The position numbers and the translations under genes were made by a program. The notes under the pieces are model-generated. The model did not search any database, was not told where the DNA came from, and was given only the letters and a program-made list of their open reading frames with translations. Shown one piece after another: positions 37,949 to 48,447 of a stretch of DNA of 64,000 nt. The number at the start of each line of letters is the position of its first letter. Position 1 is the first letter of the stretch. The DNA is taken from contig JBHLMQ010000001.1 in the NCBI GenBank assembly GCA_048938005.1, forward strand, positions 1 through 64,000. The letters run 5' to 3'. Source of the stretch: Promethearchaeota archaeon (GTDB taxonomy: Archaea > Asgardarchaeota > Lokiarchaeia > Sigyniarchaeales > SOKP01).

Positions 37949-39235
37949 TTAATAAAAATTTGCTTTTAATTTCTGAAGCTTACTTATTTTGTAAAAATTA
38001 GCAATCATGGTGCCAAAGATCGCAATTATTATTCCAATAATAACCCAAAAATAAATAATATAAGCTAAATTGTTGATATCATATGGAATTGGTTCAGTGA
38101 TTAATCCCCCTGAAAACAGAGAAATTGGAAACATTGTTGGATTATTTAGTAGTACTAAGAAGATTGGGATATATGCTAGTGAATAAAGCGCTTCAATTAC
38201 TAACATTACCTGTTGCCCGGTGTAATTTCTTACTCCAAGAATCAATCGAATCAAGTTAATTAAACCACTGATGATTATTAACAATCCGAATACCTTTAAC
38301 CAATCTAAGAATTCAACATCAAATACTCCTGGAATTCCAGCAAACGGTTGTATTATAATAAATAATCCAAATATTATTCCGGCAATAGCACCAAAGATCA
38401 ATTCACCGATTGTAACTGGCTGCTTTTTTTTTAATTCTCTTTTGATCTTTGCTGCTTCTTTTCTTTCTTCCCTACGTTGTTTTGCCCTTTCTAATCTTTC
38501 TTCTCTACGCATTCTTGCCTCCAATAATTTTTGTTCTCTACGTAATTCTGCTGCAGCTAATCTCTCTCGTCTAAGATCTTTAATTTCAGTTAATTTCTCT
38601 TCTATGCGTATTCGTGCTCCAGCAATCTTTTCTTTAGCTTTTTGCCTTGCTTCTTCTAGTTTAATTTTAGTATATTCTTTAGTTTCTTGATATCCTTTTT
38701 CTGATATGTGGAAAGGAAATATTAAAGCCAATCGTGAAGGAATTACTCCGAAGTCCTCAGGTAAAAATCCCTCCATGGAAAAATAGACAAAAACAACTGT
38801 TATTATAATGGCAGTTATCAAACAACCAATCCACATACCTGTAAACATACCACCTAAAACTTCCCACCATGGTTCTAAGAAAAATTGGAAAATTGAAACA
38901 ATAACGGTTATTGCTATAACAATAATGAAGAATAAAAACATTGTTCTTAAGTAAAAGTCAAAAAGTTCTTCTGTTATGTATAGTTTTGGTGTACCCCGAC
39001 GTTTGTATAGTTTAGCAATACTTTCTGGAGATCCAATTTGGAATAAGGCTTGCTGTATATCAGCATCAGTAGGTTCTTGTCCTTCCGAAACAATTCTAGC
39101 TTCATTAAATATCTGATTTTCCAAATCTTTTAAAATTTTATCAACTTCTTCTTGCTTTGGTTTTAACCATTCAGGAAATTTTTTCCGTACTTGAGAAAGA
39201 TAATTATTAATCATTTCATTTTCAGAATAGCTCAT
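37949..39235 (-). CDS. Membrane protein with N-terminal HAAS-like domain and internal charged helix
   Basis: INNYLSQVRKK...IGSPESIAKLY pattern; TM helices flank an E/R/K-rich segment. Confidence 0.78.
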   Translation of the reverse strand: MSYSENEMINNYLSQVRKKFPEWLKPKQEEVDKILKDLENQIFNEARIVSEGQEPTDADIQQALFQIGSPESIAKLYKRRGTPKLYITEELFDFYLRTMFLFFIIVIAITVIVSIFQFFLEPWWEVLGGMFTGMWIGCLITAIIITVVFVYFSMEGFLPEDFGVIPSRLALIFPFHISEKGYQETKEYTKIKLEEARQKAKEKIAGARIRIEEKLTEIKDLRRERLAAAELRREQKLLEARMRREERLERAKQRREERKEAAKIKRELKKKQPVTIGELIFGAIAGIIFGLFIIIQPFAGIPGVFDVEFLDWLKVFGLLIIISGLINLIRLILGVRNYTGQQVMLVIEALYSLAYIPIFLVLLNNPTMFPISLFSGGLITEPIPYDINNLAYIIYFWVIIGIIIAIFGTMIANFYKISKLQKLKANFY

Positions 39236-39437
39236 TTATAATCCTTCAATTTTTTAGTTAAAAATATAAACATTTTTTTTAATATTGATAATTTAAATTA
39301 ACCTTAAGAATTTATTAAAACTAATGGGGTCCATTTTTCAATTGAATTAATCATCTCTTGCAATAATAGAAAAGGTGAATTAATAACTGTCTCTATTGTA
39401 ATTAATTTTATATATATATGAAATAATAATAAATACT

Positions 39438-39566
39438 ATGGAAAAAAAGAATATGATGATAATCGGAATAATTGCTGCGATAGTAATTGTTGTAATTGTG
39501 ATTGTGCTCGTTGTCACGCTTGGCGGTGGTGGTGGCGGTGGTGGTGGCGGTGGTGGCTTCTTTTAA
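39438..39566 (+). CDS. 42-aa single-TM peptide with Gly12-Phe-Phe tail (not in the ORF track)
   Basis: MEKKNMMIIGIIAAIVIVVIVIVLVVTL-G12-FF*; Gly codons vary only at the third position (GGC/GGT). Confidence 0.72.
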   Translation: MEKKNMMIIGIIAAIVIVVIVIVLVVTLGGGGGGGGGGGGFF

Positions 39567-39921
39567 CTTTAGGTTATAATTGAAAAAAGATAATGTTAAT
39601 ATTGAAGAAATTCAAATATCTATCAAAATATGTTGAACTAATCCAATTCGTCGTATAAACAAATTACCATTAATTTCCCATGAAAATAAGGGAATTAAAA
39701 TAATTCCTAATTAAAAGGGATATTTAATAATATTTAGAGTAATTACTTTTTGTTTAAAGGAAGTAATTAGGCTTATTTAATTTATATTTAAGATTTATTG
39801 ATTATTCTATTGTTAATATATGATTGTTTTAGATTATTGATTATTAGATAATAAAATGAAGATTTCGATTATAAGCTAAAAATTATTATCAAATAACTTG
39901 GAAACAAATATGAGAAAAAAA

Positions 39922-40701
39922 TCACCATTTAAAATTGGGATTGAAAAAGAGTAGTGTATTTAACTTTTGCAGAGTGATAAAAACTATAACATAATACCAC
40001 ACAAGTGAAGTAAACAACAAAATCCATTCAAGAAACTGCCTTGTTAATGGTGCTGGACATATTAAATACATTATAGAAGCTGTTGATGGACCGAATATCA
40101 TGAAGTATCCAATTGTTTTTGGGAATATTCTTCTTCTTAATACTATTGCAAAGCCTGTGAAAAAAGCACCAATTGCGAATCCAGTAAATGCAGATGTAGC
40201 GAAATAGAAATGTAACTCAAATGGATTAAAATCCAAAGTAAATATTCCTACAAAAAACATACCTATAACTCCAATAAAAAGAAAACCTACTCCAGTATAT
40301 CCAAATATTCTTCTAAACAAAATAATATAATGCTCTCTTTTTGAATTATCTAATTTATGATTTTGATGTGAACTATACAATCGACTTAAATTTAAAATTA
40401 AAGGAACAATGAAAATTGCACTAAAAATGCATGTTAAATCTAAAATTAAAGGAGCAGGTGTATATTTAATAGAACCTAAATCACTTACCCAATTATACCA
40501 TAAATTATAATCAAGAGAACCAAAATTTATAGCAATTATTATTCCTAAGATTAATCCCGGTAAAAATGTGAATACACTAATGTAAATAGAGATTTTAACA
40601 ATTTTAGGCTCCGTAAGCTTATCATAAATATATTTTCCGTTTTTTTTCAATTTTATCAAAAATGGATTCATAAATTCCATAGAAGAATTTTTTTGGCCCA
40701 T
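39922..40701 (-). CDS. DUF998-like membrane protein
   Basis: NWVSDLG, VGIF, LH...A and LEW motifs; multiple TM helices. Confidence 0.75.
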   Translation of the reverse strand: MGQKNSSMEFMNPFLIKLKKNGKYIYDKLTEPKIVKISIYISVFTFLPGLILGIIIAINFGSLDYNLWYNWVSDLGSIKYTPAPLILDLTCIFSAIFIVPLILNLSRLYSSHQNHKLDNSKREHYIILFRRIFGYTGVGFLFIGVIGMFFVGIFTLDFNPFELHFYFATSAFTGFAIGAFFTGFAIVLRRRIFPKTIGYFMIFGPSTASIMYLICPAPLTRQFLEWILLFTSLVWYYVIVFITLQKLNTLLFFNPNFKW

Positions 40702-40921
40702 AATATTTTTTCCTTGTTATTATTTTATTAACATTTCACTAATATTAAATTTATTTATACCCAGAAACTGAATTCAAATTATTCTTAACCCGTCTCCTTA
40801 TTAATTTTATAGAGTATATCTATTTATTTGTTTACTTTTCGTTTAATTCCGTTTCTAAATATAATAATATAAATTGTCAAAAATTCTAATGATGATAGAA
40901 AAGAATTAAAAAACCTTAGGA

Positions 40922-42427
40922 TTAGAATATCAGTTTATTATATTTTGTCTCAGCATTATATCTAACCGTAATTGTTTGTCCAACCAGTTCTTGTTGTTCT
41001 AATTTCAAAAGGATATCTGGATCCGCATCAATATTAGCAAGAGTGCGCTCTCCGCTCTCTAAACGTCCCATTACAACACCTCTTTCGGGTAACCCATTTC
41101 GATCATAAATAATTGTATATGCTTCTATAGTAAGATTTCCATTGGCTTGTTCAATTGGTTCTGGCATGATTTTTGCTTCAATTATTTGCTGGATATCATC
41201 ACATTCATTTTCTTCCCATGATTTAGCAGGGAGTTCATTTCCATAAATTCCAAATGATTCTGCAGTATTATAACCGCCATTTGCTAATATCATTATTTTC
41301 ATCGACGGTTTTTTTTGGATGAGATTAACTGCTGTTACAATTGGATGCATAGCATAGCTACTGAAAGGTCCACCGAAAAAAGAAAGCCCTCCAGTTATAG
41401 TCAAATCTCGAGGATCATCTTCAGGAATCCCAATTTCTTTCCTAGCAATTTCAACCATACAAGGAAAACAACTATAGAGATCAAAAACATCAATTTGCTC
41501 AAGTTTGAGACCTGCTTGGTTTAATACTAGCCTTGATCCTTCTCTAATTGCTGGTGAATCATACAATATAGGACGCTGAGATAAATAGAAAATATTATTA
41601 AGATCTACACCTCCCATAGGGTATACCCAAAATTTTCGATCAATGTTAAGCTTCTTCGCAATATCTTCGTTTGTCATTACTAATGCCGCAGCTTGATCTA
41701 CATAAAGATTGGAAACCATTCGCTTAGTATATGGATGACATATGATGCGATTTTTTAAGCTAGGAGTGATAATTTCTTCAGAATTAAACCTATTCTTTTC
41801 CCAAGCATAAGGATTCTTAGAAGCGATAAGTGAGAATCGTTCATAGCGTTTACCTATATAGTCTAAGTGCTCTTTTAAATCTCTACCAGATGCTGCTCTT
41901 AAAGCGGTCTCGATTAAAGCGTATGTATATGGAGGATTCGTAAATTTATAATGATTTTCTAACTGGCTTAAATATGAATCAATTGCTTTTCGAGCTTTGC
42001 TTATAGTATTTGGGGATATTCTTGGCCAATCCAAAATAATTTCACCCTTATTAGCCCGATATCTAGAATAAGAAGATTCCCCTCCTGCAATGAGGATTGC
42101 ATTGCTCTCACCTAAGGAAATAGCTTTAGCAGCTTTATTAACTAATAATTGAGGTGTATTTCCACTTATACGAGCAGAATATTTTTGAGTGGGTTTAATA
42201 CCTAGAATATTACTAAGTTTACTTGGAGCATCCTCATAAATCCAGCTAGAAATAGTTGACATATATATAGTATCGATGATCTCTCGCAATCCTTCGCTTC
42301 CTGCATTAGAAAATGCATTCCGACACGCTTCTGCTATTAAATTAAGAGGATCAAGAGGTTCAACCACATTTTTTTGTTGAGTGATCTGAGCAGCCCCTAA
42401 TATGAGGGGTATGTTTTTTTGAGACAT
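40922..42427 (-). CDS. Thiolase-like (acetyl-CoA acetyltransferase-like) protein with C-terminal extension
   Basis: SGNTPQ, IAGGE, VDQAAA, DLYSCFP and LTITGGLSFFGGP. Confidence 0.85.
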   Translation of the reverse strand: MSQKNIPLILGAAQITQQKNVVEPLDPLNLIAEACRNAFSNAGSEGLREIIDTIYMSTISSWIYEDAPSKLSNILGIKPTQKYSARISGNTPQLLVNKAAKAISLGESNAILIAGGESSYSRYRANKGEIILDWPRISPNTISKARKAIDSYLSQLENHYKFTNPPYTYALIETALRAASGRDLKEHLDYIGKRYERFSLIASKNPYAWEKNRFNSEEIITPSLKNRIICHPYTKRMVSNLYVDQAAALVMTNEDIAKKLNIDRKFWVYPMGGVDLNNIFYLSQRPILYDSPAIREGSRLVLNQAGLKLEQIDVFDLYSCFPCMVEIARKEIGIPEDDPRDLTITGGLSFFGGPFSSYAMHPIVTAVNLIQKKPSMKIMILANGGYNTAESFGIYGNELPAKSWEENECDDIQQIIEAKIMPEPIEQANGNLTIEAYTIIYDRNGLPERGVVMGRLESGERTLANIDADPDILLKLEQQELVGQTITVRYNAETKYNKLIF

Positions 42428-42786
42428 ATTTAGATTTAACTTCTAATTCTAGAAAAATAGGTTTTAATTATTAAAAATTAGTAGATTTTTTCATTCTTGG
42501 TAAATAGTTTTGTTCCTTCTCCTAGTTCTTTATTGTAGTCTTTATAATAATTGAAATAATAGGTAAGGATATATAATCCACGAAAAATCACTAATAATAT
42601 CAAATTTGTCATAAAGATTTGTTCGAGATGTCGATATCCTAAATTATATAGTTCATAGAATATCATTATAATCCAATTAATCATAAACTTATATTGAGAT
42701 TAAATTATTAATAAAATTATCTGTAAATTCTTAAGAATCTGTTAATCTTTTATTTAGATAAAAATATTAAAATACGAATAACAAAA

Positions 42787-44244
42787 TTGGGAAAAAAACA
42801 GCCATTACGGATGGAAAGTAAAGTAAAAGAGTTTGAGGATAATAAACGTCGAAGATCCTTAGGAGTTCATTTAACTTCGAGAGATATTTTTTTAAAATAT
42901 ATATTTCCCGAAATACAAGAGAAGCTATGGAATTACGCTTGGATTGATTTATATGCTGGAGAAGGAAATTTAATTTTACCTGTTTTGAACTCAATTTCTA
43001 CTGAGAATAGAATTCAATTTTTTAAAGAACATATATATTTATTTGATATTCAACCAGAAATGGTGCAAAAATGCATTAATAATGCTAAAAATTATGAAAT
43101 ACCTTCAGAAATAGCCGAAAAGAATATTCAACTACGAGATAATTTAGAGAGTTTTCCTACATTTTTAAATAACTTGCACTACCCATTATTTCATATAACA
43201 AATCCACCATACCTTTATTTAGGATATATAAGAAAGCATAAAGATACTCAGAAATATTCAAAATTTTTTAAAGGTAAAAATGATGGTTATCAAGATTTAT
43301 ACCAAATTGCTATGATCAATGATTTGAGAAATGAGATTGAAAATATGATTTATATTATTCCTTCAAACTTCTTATTTGGTGCTTCTGTTTCAAATAAATT
43401 CCGTCAGGATTTTCTCAAATATTATATTATTGCTAAAATGATAATCTTTGAAATAAAGGTATTCGAATACACAGGAACAAACATCTGTATTGGTTTCTTT
43501 AAGAGGAAACAAGAGCCTAAAACTGAAAAAGTAGAATTTAAGGGTATTAAAATAAAAAGACAAGATAGAAAACTTGAAAAGAGATATATTCTTAAACCAG
43601 AATTTAAATATAGAGCTGGTTCTGAATTCGATGAGTTTCTTAAAGAATACCTTGTTCAAAAACCCGTGAAAGTAAACTATTATCTATTAAAAGGTGATGT
43701 TTTAAAAAATGAAGGTGATAATGAGATTAAGGTTATCGATGCTAATAATTATCAAAATAATGAATATAAGAAGATTATTCTCAATATTAATGATAAATTA
43801 AAAGAAAAAATTGAATCTAACATTTTATATGTTAGGACTGTTGATACGGGATCTTATGATGGTAGGGTTGGATTAAGAATTATTACTGAAGATTTTGGAG
43901 TTGATGCTGTATATGTTTCGGGGAATACGTATAGAACTCATCCAATTCAAATTTTTTTGGAACCAATAATTACTCAAAGTGATCAAAAATTGTTAAAAAT
44001 CTACTTTAATTTTGTATTAGAAAAGTTTAGAGAAAAGTTAGACAGTGAATTTCTAACAACATATAAATATTCTGATGCAGAGTATACAAGAAAATATTTG
44101 GGATTAACTCAAGTAAGATCCTTAATAGAAACATTCCCTATTACAAATATGAATTCAGATGATAAAGCTATCTTATATGATTTAATAAATAATAAGGATT
44201 TTGATGATTTAATTTTGTTTTTAAAAAAATTCAAAAAAAAATAA
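42787..44244 (+). CDS. N6-adenine DNA methyltransferase (gamma-type order), apparently solitary; start may be the ATG at 42811
   Basis: LGVHLT, motif I DLYAGEG and motif IV ITNPPY. Confidence 0.82.
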   Translation: MGKKQPLRMESKVKEFEDNKRRRSLGVHLTSRDIFLKYIFPEIQEKLWNYAWIDLYAGEGNLILPVLNSISTENRIQFFKEHIYLFDIQPEMVQKCINNAKNYEIPSEIAEKNIQLRDNLESFPTFLNNLHYPLFHITNPPYLYLGYIRKHKDTQKYSKFFKGKNDGYQDLYQIAMINDLRNEIENMIYIIPSNFLFGASVSNKFRQDFLKYYIIAKMIIFEIKVFEYTGTNICIGFFKRKQEPKTEKVEFKGIKIKRQDRKLEKRYILKPEFKYRAGSEFDEFLKEYLVQKPVKVNYYLLKGDVLKNEGDNEIKVIDANNYQNNEYKKIILNINDKLKEKIESNILYVRTVDTGSYDGRVGLRIITEDFGVDAVYVSGNTYRTHPIQIFLEPIITQSDQKLLKIYFNFVLEKFREKLDSEFLTTYKYSDAEYTRKYLGLTQVRSLIETFPITNMNSDDKAILYDLINNKDFDDLILFLKKFKKK

Positions 44245-44256
44245 GATTAAATATTT

Positions 44257-45147
44257 TTAAAATTCAATACTAGCAAAAATAATCGCAATTAGCCCCAAAA
44301 ACATCCCTATTTTTAATAATAAACTTATTTTTGAGAAATCTTTTTTATCCAAATTCTTTTTAGGCATTAATATAGCAGCATAAAATACTACTACTATACC
44401 AAAAATCATAGAAATTGAAAAAGCTAATGGATTTATTAATTCTGTGAATGCTGCTAGTATGAAAAATAGTATAGATAAAAATGCGCAAATCATAGAGATA
44501 TAAGGAGTTCTTTTTAACCCTATTTTAATAGCTAAAGTATTTACACCTAGTTTTTTATCACCCTCAATATCTTCACAGCCTTTTATAATTTCACGAGATA
44601 ATAACCCAAAAATACTATTTAAAAAGAAGAGATAAATATAGAGAGGAATAATTGAGCTATTTAAAATTGCTCCATATATAAAACCAATAGAAAAAGATAC
44701 ACTGACAATTATGTTTCCCAAAAAACCGCTTCTTTTTCCCCATTTTGCATATACCCATCCCATAAAACCAAAAAAAGCAGCAATAATTACATTTAAAAAC
44801 AATAAATTGAAAAAAAGACTGTGAATTAGACTGTGAATAATAGAAATAGTTATTCCTAAAATAAAAACTCCAGCAAATATGTATTTTGCTTGTTGTAAAG
44901 TTATTGCTCCTCGAGGAATTGGTCTTTCGGGTCTATTTATCTTATCAATATCAACATCATAAATATCATTTATTACCATTCCTGAACCAGCAATAAAAAA
45001 GTAGGTCAGTGCTCCAAGAATTATATTTATAATGATTCTTTCAAAACTAATTCCAGTTCGAGTAACTAAAACTGTAATAATAACTGTGAGACTTCCCATT
45101 ATATCGTTAATTGGTCGAAGAATCTCGATAGCATCTTTAAATTTCAT
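44257..45147 (-). CDS. Digeranylgeranylglyceryl phosphate synthase (UbiA family)
   Basis: NDIYDVDIDKINRPERPIPRG and REIIKGCEDIEGD; adjacent to GGGP synthase. Confidence 0.9.
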   Translation of the reverse strand: MKFKDAIEILRPINDIMGSLTVIITVLVTRTGISFERIIINIILGALTYFFIAGSGMVINDIYDVDIDKINRPERPIPRGAITLQQAKYIFAGVFILGITISIIHSLIHSLFFNLLFLNVIIAAFFGFMGWVYAKWGKRSGFLGNIIVSVSFSIGFIYGAILNSSIIPLYIYLFFLNSIFGLLSREIIKGCEDIEGDKKLGVNTLAIKIGLKRTPYISMICAFLSILFFILAAFTELINPLAFSISMIFGIVVVFYAAILMPKKNLDKKDFSKISLLLKIGMFLGLIAIIFASIEF

Positions 45148-45163
45148 GATAAACCTCCATACT

Positions 45164-45991
45164 TTATTTCATGGAAAAATTTTTTTTCTGAGTTTTCCCA
45201 GTGTCTTTAATTTCATCAATGATAACTTTTAATGAGTTCCCATTATCTTTTAGAACATTATTTTCGATGAAAGTTCCTTGTACTATCGCGTCCGCCCCAG
45301 CTTCCACAAATGCTCTGGCATCTTCTTTATTATCGATACCTCCTCCAGCAATTATAGGAATATTTAAGATGGTTGAGCATGTTTTTATATGTTCTGTTGG
45401 AATTTTTTCACTGCCAGAACCAGCCTCTAGATATACAATTTTGAAGCCAAACATTTCTGCCGCTAAAGCATAAGCCGCTGTCAATTTAGGTTTTTTTCTA
45501 GGCAATAATTTCGCATTTCCGATCCATCCAGCGCTCCCTCCAGGCTCTATTACTAAATATGCCATCGAAATGTATTCTAAGTTATAAGATTTAATTGTAT
45601 ATGAAGCAAGGGCTTGTCGACCAACTATAGAATAAGGATCAGATGAGTTCAATAAAGACATGAAAAAAATCGCATCAGCATTTTGGGAAATATTACTAAT
45701 ATCTCCGGGGAATATAATAATCGGAACCTGTACTTTATCTTTTATTGCTACTATTGTTTTATCTACATAACTTTGATCAAATACAGTACTTCCTCCAATT
45801 AAAATAGCATCGGTTCCAGCATCTTCCGCAAATTTTGCCATCTTTGAGGCTTTATTGACACCTTGTCTTAATGGATCTGGATCTATTAAAGAGAAATGCA
45901 GAGCTCCTTCATTATTAATTTTTTTGATTATATATTCATAAGTGCTTTTTTCAATATACTCATCAATTACAATATCAACCATATCTTTCAC
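45164..45991 (-). CDS. Geranylgeranylglyceryl phosphate synthase
   Basis: LIDPD, GTDAILIGGS, FMSLLNS, YLEAGSG and GGGI. Confidence 0.93.
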   Translation of the reverse strand: MKDMVDIVIDEYIEKSTYEYIIKKINNEGALHFSLIDPDPLRQGVNKASKMAKFAEDAGTDAILIGGSTVFDQSYVDKTIVAIKDKVQVPIIIFPGDISNISQNADAIFFMSLLNSSDPYSIVGRQALASYTIKSYNLEYISMAYLVIEPGGSAGWIGNAKLLPRKKPKLTAAYALAAEMFGFKIVYLEAGSGSEKIPTEHIKTCSTILNIPIIAGGGIDNKEDARAFVEAGADAIVQGTFIENNVLKDNGNSLKVIIDEIKDTGKTQKKNFSMK

Positions 45992-46001
45992 ATCTTAAGA
46001 T

Positions 46002-47396
46002 TTATTTATTTGTTTTTTTATTAACAATCAGTTTCTTAATTTTATCATAAATTCCAATAACATTTGCTTTCCAACCTGAAAAATATTCTAATTTTTCTGG
46101 GAAGCTTTTATATAATTTAGAGATCTCTTTCATTCTTATTCTTAGATAATTTAAATCCAATAATAAATTCGGTCGAGAAATTCCTTTAAAAGCTTTTACT
46201 GCCATGTTAACTAAAGATAGATTTAATTCACCTGTTGATGATATTTCTAAGATTTCATCTCCAGTTAACAAATCACGTTCCAAGCCAAAATTTAAATCTT
46301 CATTTGAAAGAGATTGAAGTACAATTCTTAATAGATCTAATGAAGCAAATTCAGCGCCAAAACTTGTCATTACTTTATAATTATAATCCCATAATATATT
46401 AATTGAAAAATCATCATTGTGAATGGCATTAATCGCAGAGTTAGCTGCGTGAAATCCCGCCCTCATGGATGGGTCAATCCCACCACCATGAAGAGGATTC
46501 ACTTGGCAAGCAGCATCTCCAACAAATATGATTCCATTATCGGCACATGACCATAAAGGCCTTCTTACCGGAACCACACCCCCTCCAGAGGATAAAATTT
46601 CAAATTTTGAAGTTTTAATAAACTCTTGAAATACATTTTTTTGATAAAGATCTTTTACTTTACCCTTATAATCCATAAAAGTTCCTATTCCAATATTAAG
46701 AGAAGATTTATTCTTAGGAAAATACCATATATATCCTCCTGGAGCTTTTTCTTGATCAAGGATAATTGATATATACTCAGGATCATCAACTTGTTGATCT
46801 TTTGGAGAAAATTTCACAATTTCTCGATAACATAATATACTGTCTTCTTTTAGAATATCTTTTTCAATTAAGGAGCTTTTAATATTTTTTCTTAAAGGAG
46901 AATAAAAACCACTGGCATCAATTAAGATTTTAGTATTAAGATCTGCTTTTTCTCCATTCTCTAATTTTACTTGAAGCCCTTTGACAGTTCCATTTTTGTA
47001 AAGTAGATTTAAAGCCATAGTTTTATCTAAAAATTGTTTCACACCAGCATCGAGAGCTTCATTCAATAATCTTTGTCCAAATTCTAATCTATTTACGATG
47101 TATCCCGCTTGTTTTGGATCAAATAAAGTAATACATTTCTTAAGATTTGGAGAATATAGTTTTGCTCCCTTTATATAACAAGATAACTCTTCATCTTTTG
47201 GATGATTTATGCCAAGAAAATCAAATATATCGCTCCCAACAGCATCACCACATATTTTATCTCCAATTTTAGATTTTTCCTTCCTATCAATCAAACATAC
47301 ATTTAATCCTTTTTTTGCTGCAAATCTTGCAGCAGTGGTTCCTCCTGTCCCAGCCCCGACAACAATTACATCAAAGGTTTTCTTTATATGCTCCAT
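46002..47396 (-). CDS. Digeranylgeranylglycerophospholipid reductase (geranylgeranyl reductase)
   Basis: VVGAGTGG, KICGDA, GGYIWYFP and GDAACQVNPLHGGGI. Confidence 0.9.
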   Translation of the reverse strand: MEHIKKTFDVIVVGAGTGGTTAARFAAKKGLNVCLIDRKEKSKIGDKICGDAVGSDIFDFLGINHPKDEELSCYIKGAKLYSPNLKKCITLFDPKQAGYIVNRLEFGQRLLNEALDAGVKQFLDKTMALNLLYKNGTVKGLQVKLENGEKADLNTKILIDASGFYSPLRKNIKSSLIEKDILKEDSILCYREIVKFSPKDQQVDDPEYISIILDQEKAPGGYIWYFPKNKSSLNIGIGTFMDYKGKVKDLYQKNVFQEFIKTSKFEILSSGGGVVPVRRPLWSCADNGIIFVGDAACQVNPLHGGGIDPSMRAGFHAANSAINAIHNDDFSINILWDYNYKVMTSFGAEFASLDLLRIVLQSLSNEDLNFGLERDLLTGDEILEISSTGELNLSLVNMAVKAFKGISRPNLLLDLNYLRIRMKEISKLYKSFPEKLEYFSGWKANVIGIYDKIKKLIVNKKTNK

Positions 47397-47453
47397 GACA
47401 AGTTTACTTAAAATTTAATAAATATTGGAAATTTAATATAAAATTAAATAATA

Positions 47454-48203
47454 TTAGATGAGTGTTAAAAGGTAAATAATTAATGTACTGCCTATTGGAA
47501 CTGTTAAATCATCATAAGTGCTTGGAGAAATTAGTTCAATTATCATAGCAATTGCACTCGTAATTAATGAATATATTATAATAGTAATTAAAGGTAATGG
47601 TGTTTGAAGGCTAGGGATTAGTGTACCAAATAGGAAAAACGAGAGAAAACATAATAAGAATGCAGTTATAAAAAAAGTTAAAGATCCCTCAAGTGTTCTT
47701 TTTGAATTTGTCCAAGGTAGGCTTATACCGATCTTTCCCCAACGTTTTCCTATTACTGAAGCTAAGGTATCAGCAACTATCATTAATAAAACACCCGCTA
47801 TTGGAAAGTAAAATTGATCCGGAGCAAATATACCAAAAATTAAAACTAAAAATGTAATAGAAATGCAATAAAAGAAAGGACCTTGAAGATATGCTCTATT
47901 TAAGCGATCTTCTTGTTCTTCAGATATTGCATCGTATAAATCTTTTAGTTGCTTCACTTTTGACTCTTTTGAGCTAAAATATACAAATACAGTTAAAGTA
48001 CCCGCAATTATAGTAGGCCAAAATGGCCAAAAGTAAAACGGGGATGATAAGATTGCTAATCCTGCAAACATATGCACTGCTTTTCTTGCTGAGAATTTCG
48101 TTATTTTTTGTTTTTTATATAATATTAATGGGATAAAAATCGTTAAAAGAACGTATAAGTATGTAATTCCAGCAATTCCAAGATCAATGAAGATTATACT
48201 CAT
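47454..48203 (-). CDS. Phytol/dolichol kinase-like CTP-dependent isoprenoid kinase
   Basis: ARKAVH, ADTLASVIGKRWG, KRTLEGS and DDLTVP. Confidence 0.85.
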   Translation of the reverse strand: MSIIFIDLGIAGITYLYVLLTIFIPLILYKKQKITKFSARKAVHMFAGLAILSSPFYFWPFWPTIIAGTLTVFVYFSSKESKVKQLKDLYDAISEEQEDRLNRAYLQGPFFYCISITFLVLIFGIFAPDQFYFPIAGVLLMIVADTLASVIGKRWGKIGISLPWTNSKRTLEGSLTFFITAFLLCFLSFFLFGTLIPSLQTPLPLITIIIYSLITSAIAMIIELISPSTYDDLTVPIGSTLIIYLLTLI

Positions 48204-48447
48204 TTCAGTATCAATTAGTTCAATTAATAAACCACAAAAGTATTCTTACTTTAAAGACTTTATTAACAGGGATGATTTTATTACAAATAAGAATATGAGA
48301 TGTCTTATAATGGAGGTTGTGGTGGTACTATAAGTAAATCTGAAATTTTCTTAAAACTTTTATGTTAATTAGAATTTCAATTTTAAAGTAAATAGAATAA
48401 TGTAGTTTTATGTACATAAACGTAAAAGATATTTAATATTAATAAAG

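Noticed and set aside
39522-39557. G-rich tract as a non-coding G-quadruplex or microsatellite
   Set aside because: Better explained as in-frame Gly codons of the small TM peptide.
42478-42994. Two short minus-strand ORFs (68 and 75 aa)
   Set aside because: No motifs; one overlaps the methyltransferase antisense, the other looks like AT-rich chance coding.
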